From Candidatus Fermentithermobacillaceae bacterium (GTDB lineage: Bacteria; Bacillota; Sulfobacillia; Fermentithermobacillales; Fermentithermobacillaceae): a stretch of DNA of 64,000 nt. Made by a program: the position numbers and the translations under genes. Within the stretch, counting starts at the first letter, position 1. Each line of letters starts with the position of its first letter. The stretch covers positions 66,602 through 130,601 of the forward strand of contig DUUV01000028.1 of NCBI GenBank assembly GCA_012841375.1, in the 5' to 3' direction. This document shows positions 29,649 through 37,690 of the stretch, piece by piece. The notes beneath the pieces are model-generated. The model had not been told where the DNA came from. It searched no databases and was given only the letters and a program-made list of their open reading frames with translations.

Positions 29649-29942
29649 CTAGGGCTCTCTCAAAGGGGGCGGCCGTCTGTCGGACTTCCCCTTGGGACCC
29701 GGCTCAGGCCAGGGCCACATGCCCTCCTCGAGCCAGTAGTTCTCGGGTTCCCGCCAATACCAATCTTCTTCCGGGTCTTCCACCCGGTCACTGTCTTCGG
29801 AAGTCGGGGCGTCGATCTGATCGACGAAGTAAGGATCAAATTCGTCTTCGTAGAAGGGCGTCTCCAGCCGGTAATTGCCCCGGCGGGGCGGCCGCTTCTC
29901 GTCTCTTGGCCCGAGGTCTTCCACAGGGTGTTCGTCTTTCAT
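29649..29942 (-). CDS. Small acidic Trp/Pro-rich hypothetical protein (97 aa)
   Basis: Strong AAGGAGGG RBS; low-complexity acidic composition (EDWYWREPENYWLEEGMWPWPEP); first gene of the operon divergent from lexA. Confidence 0.5.
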   Translation of the reverse strand: MKDEHPVEDLGPRDEKRPPRRGNYRLETPFYEDEFDPYFVDQIDAPTSEDSDRVEDPEEDWYWREPENYWLEEGMWPWPEPGPKGKSDRRPPPLREP

Positions 29943-30053
29943 CGAATCCCTCCTTTCACCTCGGGCATAGCGTACCCTCAGCGAACCCTTGTATGTATCA
30001 AAGCCGGTCCTCTTACCCCCAAACTGGCGTTTGCGTTTGCTGGGAGATCATGC

Positions 30054-30067
30054 TAAACTTTTGTTCG
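30054..30067. promoter_or_regulatory. Candidate LexA (Cheo/SOS) box tAAAC-N4-GTTCg overlapping a putative -10 of lexA
   Basis: AAACttttGTTC matches GAAC-N4-GTTC with one mismatch, 30 nt upstream of the lexA ATG. A possible TTGCGT-17-TAAACT promoter surrounds it, and a weaker second copy AAACtggcGTTT lies at 30021-30033. Confidence 0.45.
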
Positions 30068-30095
30068 AGGCCGGAAGAGACAAGGAGGGCATTCC

Positions 30096-30707
30096 ATGGC
30101 GAGTCTTACCGAACAGCAGGCTAGGGTCCTTGAGGTTATCAGGGAGAGCATCCGCGAGCACGGATATCCTCCTTCCGTACGTGAACTGGGCGCTAGACTT
30201 GGGCTCAAGTCCACGGCCACGGTCCATACCCACCTCCGAAATCTGGAGCGAAAGGGTTTTCTCAAGAGGGCAGCGCAGAAGTCTAGGGCGTTCAATCTCA
30301 CCGAGGCGCCTCTCAAGCGAGCAGGCGAACAGGTTATCATGGTCCCACTGGTCGGTATGGTTCGGGCGGGCACTCCCGTCCTCGCCGTTGAGAACATAGA
30401 AGACATGGTGCCCTTCCCTAGGGCTTTCGTCAAGGCCGAGAACGTCTTTCTACTCAGGGTCCAGGGCGACAGCATGATAGAAGCAGGCATATTCGACGGA
30501 GACTATGTCTTGGTCAGGCAGCAGGAGCACGCCGACAACGGTGACATCGTGGTCGCGCTGCTGGGCGATGAAGCTACCGTGAAGTCGTTCTACAGGGAGA
30601 AGGACGCCGTGAGGCTCCAGCCGAGGAACTCCCGTCTGGCACCCATCGTATCCAAGGACGTCCGCGTGGTCGGCAAAGTGGTCGGCCTCTACCGTAGCGT
30701 TCGCTGA
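30096..30707 (+). CDS. lexA: SOS repressor LexA
   Basis: wHTH N-terminus and S24 peptidase domain with GDSMIEAGI and VGKVVG(L)YR motifs. Confidence 0.95.
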   Translation: MASLTEQQARVLEVIRESIREHGYPPSVRELGARLGLKSTATVHTHLRNLERKGFLKRAAQKSRAFNLTEAPLKRAGEQVIMVPLVGMVRAGTPVLAVENIEDMVPFPRAFVKAENVFLLRVQGDSMIEAGIFDGDYVLVRQQEHADNGDIVVALLGDEATVKSFYREKDAVRLQPRNSRLAPIVSKDVRVVGKVVGLYRSVR

Positions 30708-30714
30708 GACGGGT

Positions 30715-31962
30715 TTAGACGCCCAGCACCTTTGACGCGGCCCTTCGGACCGCCAGCATTACGTGTTCTTTGGTGAGCCCGCCCTGAAGGTAAGCCGTGT
30801 ACGGTTCCGTGAAAGGGGCATCGCACGACAGTTCAATCGACGACCCCTGGACAAATGTCCCTGCAGCCATGATTATCTGTCTCCCATAACCGGGCATGTC
30901 CCACGGCTCGGGTGTAGCGAAAGAATCCACGGGCGATGAAGCCTGTATGGCCGCGGCGAAAGCCTTGAGTTTCTCCGGCGAACCGAGAGTCACCGCCTGC
31001 ACGATGTCAGAACGTTCCTCCAGCGGCCCGGGATCGACCTTGAAGCCCAACCGGCCGAGAAATGAAGCGGCGAACGCGATGCCCTTGAGACACTCGCCTA
31101 CAACCTTCGGAGCCAGGAAGAACCCTTGATATAAGTCACGATATCCCGCCGCCCAGCTCCCGGCCTCGCTCCCCAATCCCGGCGCGTACAAGCTCTCGGC
31201 GACCCTGGCGACCGCCTCGGACTCGCCCACCGCATAGGCGCCTGTGGGCGCGAGTCCCCCTCCCGGATTCTTAATAAGCGATCCTACCGTCAGGGAGACT
31301 CCCAGCATAGGAGGTTCTACCTGTCCGGTGAACTCGCAGTAGCAGTTGTCCACCATAGTCCAAAGGCCCGGCCATCTCCGCTTTACGAGTCCCATGAATT
31401 CCAGGAGCGATGAGACGGATATGCTCTTTCTGGCGGAATAGCCCCGTGAGCGCTGGATGTAAAGGACCCTCGTTTCACTCCGGATCTTCGAGGAGAGATC
31501 CGCTTCTACCGCGTCCATGTCGATCCGGCCCTCTTCATACAGAGAAAGGCAGTCTGTCTCGCGATAAGTTATGCCGAAACCCTTGAGGCCGCCCTCTCCC
31601 GTCACCGGAGCCAGTGTGTCATAGGATGGCCCGGTAACGGCCAAAACGTCGTCTCCGGGCCTTAGAAGCGCAAATAGAGCCGTTTTCAGAGCATGTGTGC
31701 CCGAGGCCCAATGGGGCCGCACAAGCCCGTCCTGAGCCCCAAAAACCCTGGCATAGAGCCTGTCCAAAGTGTCCCTGCCGGCGTCACCGTAGCCATATCC
31801 TGTCGTGCCGGACATATGGTGAAGGGCGACGCGTTCGGAGATGAACGAATCCAGCACCCTCTCATGGTTGGCCATGACCGTCTCATCGATCTTGGCCCAG
31901 ACGGGCAGCACCTCTTCCCTGCTTTCCAAATAAGCTTTAGCCAGGACGTCGCTTGCGGTCAT
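30715..31962 (-). CDS. YnbB-family PLP-dependent enzyme (Cys/Met-metabolism, aluminium-resistance-protein family)
   Basis: About 415 aa with aminotransferase-fold pattern; overlaps the hflX stop by 4 nt, as in the B. subtilis ynbA-ynbB pair. Confidence 0.6.
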   Translation of the reverse strand: MTASDVLAKAYLESREEVLPVWAKIDETVMANHERVLDSFISERVALHHMSGTTGYGYGDAGRDTLDRLYARVFGAQDGLVRPHWASGTHALKTALFALLRPGDDVLAVTGPSYDTLAPVTGEGGLKGFGITYRETDCLSLYEEGRIDMDAVEADLSSKIRSETRVLYIQRSRGYSARKSISVSSLLEFMGLVKRRWPGLWTMVDNCYCEFTGQVEPPMLGVSLTVGSLIKNPGGGLAPTGAYAVGESEAVARVAESLYAPGLGSEAGSWAAGYRDLYQGFFLAPKVVGECLKGIAFAASFLGRLGFKVDPGPLEERSDIVQAVTLGSPEKLKAFAAAIQASSPVDSFATPEPWDMPGYGRQIIMAAGTFVQGSSIELSCDAPFTEPYTAYLQGGLTKEHVMLAVRRAASKVLGV

Positions 31963-33263
31963 TGCCTGTTTGTCCCCAGTTTCCTTGAAAGTCTCTCCGC
32001 GTCTTCGGGCAGGAGCTCCACTTTGAGGAGCGCTCCCTCGTCGTCGTGGACCTCATCTCGGACGGTCCCCGCCCTCTTTATCTCGAAAACCAAGTCCCAC
32101 TTAGAGTAGGGGATTCGCCACAACACCGTCACTCTCTTTGCCGACAACCCCTGAATGGTGGCTTGGATGAGGTCATCCAGTCCCTCTTCGAAAACCGCCG
32201 ATATCGCCACGCTGCCCGCGTGGAGGCGGAGCATCGAGTCCAGGTCATCCCGGAACACGCGGTCTTTCTTGTTGAAGCACAATACTTTGGGTCTCTTGTC
32301 TACCCCTAAGTCAGACAAGACGCCGTCCACCGTGGCCATCTGTTGCGGCCACGCCGGGTTTGACGCGTCTACCACATGGATCAACAGGTCTGAGTCTACC
32401 GACTCCTCAAGGGTAGCCCTAAAGGCCGCGATGAGTTCGTGGGGGAGCCCCTGTATGAAGCCGACGGTATCGACAAGCAGCACCACCTGGCCGCCAGGCA
32501 ACTCCCACCTCCGCGTCCAAGGGTCCAAAGTCGCGAACAGCTTGTCGTCGGCGTAAGCCTGGTCGCCGGTCAGGGCGTTAAAGAGAGTGGATTTCCCTGC
32601 ATTCGTGTATCCGACAAGCGATACGATAGGGATGCCCGATTGCCTGCGCTTCTTGGTCTGTTCGGCCCGGATCTTGGCGACCCTCTTCAGTTCCCTGTTC
32701 AAACCGGCTATCCGGCTCCGGAGTACCCTGCGGTCCATCTCGATCTTGGTTTCTCCGGGACCACGTGTGCCGATCCCCGCTCCCGGGTTGGACATCTCGA
32801 CTCCAATGCCGCTTAAACGGCCTAGGGCGTGCCTGGCCGCGGCCATTTCAACTTGAATCTTTCCCTCGGCGGTGCTTGCCCGCGCGGCGAAGATCCTCAG
32901 GATGAGGTCGGTCCGGTCCATGACAAAAACACCCGAGAGGCTTTCCAGGTTCCGGAGTTGGGTCGGAGTCAAGCGGCCGTCTACGATAGCGCAGGCGGCG
33001 CCCTCCCTCTCTACCAGTTCAAGGAGTTCCCGGGCTTTGCCTTTTCCCACATATGTCAGAGGATCGGGTGCTTCTCGTTCCTGCGTCAGTTCGGCGACCA
33101 CTTCGTAGTCCAACGTCTCCGCCAAGCGGGCGAGCTCCCTCATGGATTCTTTCCAGGAAATCCCGGTCTCGGGAGTAGACGTTCTGGCGCTCGTGTCATG
33201 GATGCCCACAAGCACGGCCTTTAGAGGGGCGCTGTCGTGAATTTCAATAGGCGTTCTTGGCAA
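31959..33263 (-). CDS. hflX: GTPase HflX
   Basis: G1 GYTNAGKST, G3 DTVGF, G4 NKKD, and the HflX-specific N-terminal domain. Confidence 0.9.
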   Translation of the reverse strand: MPRTPIEIHDSAPLKAVLVGIHDTSARTSTPETGISWKESMRELARLAETLDYEVVAELTQEREAPDPLTYVGKGKARELLELVEREGAACAIVDGRLTPTQLRNLESLSGVFVMDRTDLILRIFAARASTAEGKIQVEMAAARHALGRLSGIGVEMSNPGAGIGTRGPGETKIEMDRRVLRSRIAGLNRELKRVAKIRAEQTKKRRQSGIPIVSLVGYTNAGKSTLFNALTGDQAYADDKLFATLDPWTRRWELPGGQVVLLVDTVGFIQGLPHELIAAFRATLEESVDSDLLIHVVDASNPAWPQQMATVDGVLSDLGVDKRPKVLCFNKKDRVFRDDLDSMLRLHAGSVAISAVFEEGLDDLIQATIQGLSAKRVTVLWRIPYSKWDLVFEIKRAGTVRDEVHDDEGALLKVELLPEDAERLSRKLGTNRQ

Positions 33264-33305
33264 TCTATCCTCCAGGCGGCACGAATTATCTCAAAGCAAG
33301 ACCAA

Positions 33306-34226
33306 TTATACCAGAGTGCTGGAGGCTTCAATAAGCTCCCGCGCGGTGAGCATCATGAGATCCTGCCTCGTGAACGCTTTGTCTCTAATGAGCCTCACTG
33401 CCTGTCTCCGTATGGCTTTCTCGATGAGGTTTCTGACCATCCGGGCGTTGGAGGGCGTCACCTCCTGAGCTTTCTTCTCACGGACAATAGCCTCCAGGAG
33501 AGACGCGGCGTCGGCCGAGAGGCGGTACTCCCTCTTTCTGAGCATCATCTCGGCGATCCGGGTGAGCTCATCGACGCTGTAATCGGGAAAGTCCAAATGG
33601 ATGGGAAAGCGTGACCGAAGCCCCGGATTTGACCTTAGGAACTGCTCCATTTCAGAAGGGTAACCCGCAAGGATGAACACCGTCTCCTTGGCGTTATCCT
33701 CCATGCCCTTGACGATGCAGTCTACGCATTCTTTTCCGAAATCCTTTTCGCCTCCCCGACACAGCGAATAGGCTTCGTCGATGAACAGGATACCGCCTTG
33801 AGCCTTCCTTATCTGCTCTCGTGTCCTGTGGGCCGTATGCCCGATATACTCGCCGACCAGGTCGGCCCGCTCAACTTCCACCACGTGGCCCTTCTCTAGA
33901 ATCCCCGCGTCGCGCAGGAGCCTTCCCAGGATCCTTGCTATGGTGGTCTTGCCTGTCCCGGGGTTGCCTCTAAATATCATGTGAAGGACAACCTTTTCAT
34001 TGGCAAGCCCCGCTCTCTCCCGCTTCTTCTGGACCTCGGCGAACGCGTACACTTCGAAGATCAGGTCTTTGACCTTCTCCAGCCCCACCAAGGACCTGAG
34101 TTCTTCCAGCGCGCCTTCGCCCGGAAGCTTCGGGTTCCGCGGGAGACTATCCAGGTTGAAAGTCTCTTTCTGCGGCACCACACGTAAGTAAGGGGTCCTC
34201 CCCACCCTCACCATGTTTTGACCCAA
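33306..34226 (-). CDS. spoVK: Stage V sporulation protein K, AAA+ ATPase
   Basis: GNPGTGKTT Walker A, ILFIDEAY Walker B; lies directly upstream of hflX as in B. subtilis. Confidence 0.8.
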   Translation of the reverse strand: MGQNMVRVGRTPYLRVVPQKETFNLDSLPRNPKLPGEGALEELRSLVGLEKVKDLIFEVYAFAEVQKKRERAGLANEKVVLHMIFRGNPGTGKTTIARILGRLLRDAGILEKGHVVEVERADLVGEYIGHTAHRTREQIRKAQGGILFIDEAYSLCRGGEKDFGKECVDCIVKGMEDNAKETVFILAGYPSEMEQFLRSNPGLRSRFPIHLDFPDYSVDELTRIAEMMLRKREYRLSADAASLLEAIVREKKAQEVTPSNARMVRNLIEKAIRRQAVRLIRDKAFTRQDLMMLTARELIEASSTLV

Positions 34227-34276
34227 TGGAGCGCCCCCCGTTGAACATTTCTAGCGGCCCAACAGTATACGCGAGG

Positions 34277-34309
34277 AAAAGGAAAACCGCCCTTCATTGG
34301 GGCGGTATT
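34277..34309 (-). terminator. Rho-independent terminator after the YHS gene
   Basis: On the minus strand: CCGCCCC-aatgaa-GGGCGG followed by TTTTCCTTTT. Confidence 0.6.
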
Positions 34310-34332
34310 CCGACGCTCATTTGCCTACGTCG

Positions 34333-34572
34333 CTAGCGAGGCCTGTCGTTCCTCATGTTCCTGTCTCGGTTGCGAACATCGTTACGGTTGTCCCTGTCAT
34401 CCCTGTTGTCGAGCCTGCGGTCGTCGTCGCGCGTGAAGTTGTTGGGATTCTGGTCGAATTCCTGACGGCACTTGTCGGAGCAGAAGTAATAGTTCCGGCC
34501 TCTGAATTCCGACCGCAGGTTGTTGCGGTTGTCGTCTCTGACGTTCATCCCGCACACCGGATCGCGAGCCAC
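34333..34572 (-). CDS. YHS/TRASH-domain protein with an Asp/Arg/Asn-rich C-terminal tail
   Basis: DPVCGMNV...YYFCSDKCRQEF YHS motif; tail RDDDRRLDNRDDRDNRNDVRNRDRNMRNDR. Preferred start GTG 34572 after GGGAGGTG; the ORF-track start at 34608 lacks an RBS. Confidence 0.65.
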   Translation of the reverse strand: MARDPVCGMNVRDDNRNNLRSEFRGRNYYFCSDKCRQEFDQNPNNFTRDDDRRLDNRDDRDNRNDVRNRDRNMRNDRPR

Positions 34573-34650
34573 GTGTATCACCTCCCAGCGCCGAACTCTC
34601 ACCAACACCGGGAAGTTTGCCCACCCTATGTAACTTGCATACTAAACTGG

Positions 34651-34896
34651 CTATTCAGCCTTCTGCTCCTGCGGACCGGTGTTCACTGGTCTGGCCGGCG
34701 TTATGGTGGACACTGCGTGTTTATATATGAGCATCTGCCTCCCGTCGCTCTCAAGCACGACGGTGAAGTTGTCAAACCCCTTGACCGTGCCCTTAAGCTG
34801 GAATCCGTTAATGAGGTACACTGTTGTCTGGATGCTTTCTTTTCTCACCTGGTTCAAAAAAGCATCCTGAAGGTTCACCGGGTTCTTTGCGGTCAC
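34651..34896 (-). CDS. hfq: RNA chaperone Hfq
   Basis: Sm1/Sm2 motifs [11 protein letters not shown]...[11 protein letters not shown]...YKHAVSTI. Confidence 0.95.
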   Translation of the reverse strand: MTAKNPVNLQDAFLNQVRKESIQTTVYLINGFQLKGTVKGFDNFTVVLESDGRQMLIYKHAVSTITPARPVNTGPQEQKAE

Positions 34897-34938
34897 TCTC
34901 GTCCCCTCCAGCTCTCTCCACTATAATGCCGACTCTCT

Positions 34939-35871
34939 CTAGGTCGTCAAATGCTCTCGGACCAGTCCGGAAGCTTTCCGCACGGTCTCGTTCCAATCCC
35001 TATGCTGGCCTGCCTCCAACCATATTATTCCTTCCTCCCTGGAAAGCCAAGTCAATTGTCTCTTGGCCAGCCTCCTAGTGTTGCGCTTCACCAGTTCCTT
35101 AGTTTCTTGAAGGGTTAAGAGCCCGTCCAGATAGTAGCCGATCTCCTTATACCCCAGCCCTTGCATGCTGGGAATCGTGTGGTCATATCCGAGACTCCGG
35201 AGACGAGCGACTTCTTCCACGAATCCTTGCCGGAACTGCTCTTCAACTCTATTATCGATCCTCACTCCCAAGTCTTGACGATCCCAGCGAAGCGCGAGGC
35301 GCAGGGGATCGTAAGGCGAGCCGGGATTCTTGAGCCGCCTCGCCGATATGGGCCTGCCTGTGGTCCTGTAATACTCCAACGCCCTGATGACGCGTTTCAG
35401 GTCGTTTGGGTGAAGCGTCTCCCAGGATTCAGGATCTCTGTCTTTGAGAAGGGCGTGAAGCGCCTGGTTGCCCTCCTTCTCGGCGAACTCCCGCATGGCC
35501 CTCCGGAACTCGGGGTCCGGAGGAGCGTCCCTAAGGGGGTAGTCGTAGAGGAGGGCCCTTACGTATAGCCCGGTTCCCCCGACAACGCAAGGGATATTGT
35601 TCCTCTCAATGATCTCGTCTATGGCGCGCGCGGCTCTCTCCCTGAACTCCTGCACGCTCCAAGGCTCGTCTGGGTCCTTGATGCTTATGAGATGATGCCT
35701 GACACGGGCCATTTCCTCCGGCGTAACCTTCGCGGTGCCGATGTCCATGAAGCGGTACACCTGCATTGAGTCTGCCGAGATGACCTCGAGAGGGTAGTCG
35801 TGCCCAAGATCCAACGCGAGGCGTGTTTTCCCCGTCGCGGTGGGGCCAACGATGACTATCAGCTTATCCAA
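34939..35871 (-). CDS. miaA: tRNA dimethylallyltransferase
   Basis: P-loop GPTATGKT and DSMQVYR motif. Confidence 0.9.
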   Translation of the reverse strand: MDKLIVIVGPTATGKTRLALDLGHDYPLEVISADSMQVYRFMDIGTAKVTPEEMARVRHHLISIKDPDEPWSVQEFRERAARAIDEIIERNNIPCVVGGTGLYVRALLYDYPLRDAPPDPEFRRAMREFAEKEGNQALHALLKDRDPESWETLHPNDLKRVIRALEYYRTTGRPISARRLKNPGSPYDPLRLALRWDRQDLGVRIDNRVEEQFRQGFVEEVARLRSLGYDHTIPSMQGLGYKEIGYYLDGLLTLQETKELVKRNTRRLAKRQLTWLSREEGIIWLEAGQHRDWNETVRKASGLVREHLTT

Positions 35872-35912
35872 GTGACCTACATCAACCCCCCGAGCGTTCT
35901 TCGCCTTTAGAA

Positions 35913-37688
35913 TTATACCCGCGCCCTGCCGGCGTGGGAAGATCTGCCAAAGTATTCTCCCAATTCCTTAAGTGTGAGTTCCCTGGCTACCGGGCGCCCG
36001 TGGGGGCAGGTCGCAGCCTCAGGCTGGGTCTCAAGGGATACGAGCAGCGATACGGCTTCTTCTCTCGCCAGCGGCTCGCGGGCTCTGACCGAAGCGTGGC
36101 AAGCGGCAGTCTCTATCCGCGCAACGTCGAGCATTCTCTCAGGCGAGACGGAGAGATTTTTCCCATCTACCGCGATTTTGGCGAGGACATCCTTGAGCGA
36201 CGCCGGCGGCAGGGCTTTTCCCAGCACCAAAGGTACCGAAGTCACCATGACGGTTCTATCTCCAACCGGCCTGCTTTGGAAGCCCGTCCCGGCAAGGGCT
36301 TCCCGGAAATCCTCATAGATCGATGCCTCTTTGGGGTCAAGCCTCATTATCTCCGCCATCAAGAGATCCTGGGAACCGCTCTGCCCATTCTGCATGGCGC
36401 GATAGACCAGGCTTTCCATGAGGGCGTGCTTGTCGACAATCAAGAGCGACGAACCGGTGGACGCGATGAGATACGTATCGGCCACAGAGCCCAGGTACTC
36501 CCAGTTGCCGCTTTGTTGGCCGGCGCCGGGGGCACCCTCCGCGGGCCTCCCCAAGCCCAGGTCTCTCGCCGCCGGCAGCGGGCCGCTCACTGAGCGTGCT
36601 GAGTCGCGAACGCTCCCCGGACGCCAAGACGGCGGCACAACATAGGGCCCGCCCATGCGGTTGCCCGGTCTCACCCCATGATGCCCGTCGCTCACCGTCA
36701 GGGCGCCTTCCGATAGCGCCCCCGCCACGGCCCGCCTGACGGCCCTCCTGACCGCTTGCTCATCTTTGAACTTGACTTGAGATTTAGTTGGATGGACGTT
36801 CACGTCCACCGACCCGGGGGGCAGCGTGATGTCCAGCACTGCCGCCGGATAGGCTCTAGGGGGCAGAAGCCCGGCGTATGCGTTGTCAAGTGCCCGGCTT
36901 AGGACCGGGTCCTTCACCGGGCGGCCGTTTACGGAGAACATCTGCCTGTCTCTCTGTCTCCGGTAACCGGAGGGGCGGCACGTGAAGCCCTCGATCGACA
37001 GGTCGCCGTCGCTCCACGAAACCTCAGAGAACGAAGAAGCCACCTCGGGCCCAAAGACATCCATGACGGCGTTCTTGAGCCCTTGCCCGGATGTCGACAA
37101 CACCGTCTTGCCTCCCGTCCTGAGCACGAAAGCCACGTGGGGCCAGGCGAGGGAGAGGCGCATTACGGTATCCACGATGGCCTGCTTTTCGCTGGAGCGA
37201 GACCTGACGAACTGAAGGCGCGCGGGCGTATTGAAGAAGAGGTCCCGCACGGTGACGGTAGTACCCTGGGCGAGGCCCTTCTCCGCCGTCTTGACGACAA
37301 CCCCGCCTTCTACCAGAACCTCAAGGCCGCTGTCCGCGCCTTCTCCCTTTGTCTCCACCAGTAGCCGCGAGCAGGAAGCAATGGACGGCAGCGCTTCGCC
37401 TCTAAATCCCAAAGATGCAATGAGCGTGAGGTCCGTGATGGACGACAGTTTAGAGGTGGCGAAGCGTTCGACAGACAATGGGGCGTCTTCAGGGGACATT
37501 CCGGACCCGTTGTCGGAGACACGGATGAGTGATAGCCCCGCGTCCTCGAACTCCACGATGATCCTTGTAGCCAGTGCGTCCAACGAGTTCTCAATAAGTT
37601 CCTTGACGACCGACGCCGGACGTTCGACGACCTCGCCCGCAGCTATCTGGCTCGAGACCACCGGATCAAGCCGCTGGATGCGTCCCAA
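35913..37688 (-). CDS. mutL: DNA mismatch repair protein MutL
   Basis: GHKL ATPase N-terminus (IAAGEVVERPASVVKELIENSLDA) and C-terminal dimerisation domain. Confidence 0.95.
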   Translation of the reverse strand: MGRIQRLDPVVSSQIAAGEVVERPASVVKELIENSLDALATRIIVEFEDAGLSLIRVSDNGSGMSPEDAPLSVERFATSKLSSITDLTLIASLGFRGEALPSIASCSRLLVETKGEGADSGLEVLVEGGVVVKTAEKGLAQGTTVTVRDLFFNTPARLQFVRSRSSEKQAIVDTVMRLSLAWPHVAFVLRTGGKTVLSTSGQGLKNAVMDVFGPEVASSFSEVSWSDGDLSIEGFTCRPSGYRRQRDRQMFSVNGRPVKDPVLSRALDNAYAGLLPPRAYPAAVLDITLPPGSVDVNVHPTKSQVKFKDEQAVRRAVRRAVAGALSEGALTVSDGHHGVRPGNRMGGPYVVPPSWRPGSVRDSARSVSGPLPAARDLGLGRPAEGAPGAGQQSGNWEYLGSVADTYLIASTGSSLLIVDKHALMESLVYRAMQNGQSGSQDLLMAEIMRLDPKEASIYEDFREALAGTGFQSRPVGDRTVMVTSVPLVLGKALPPASLKDVLAKIAVDGKNLSVSPERMLDVARIETAACHASVRAREPLAREEAVSLLVSLETQPEAATCPHGRPVARELTLKELGEYFGRSSHAGRARV

Positions 37689-37690
37689 AC

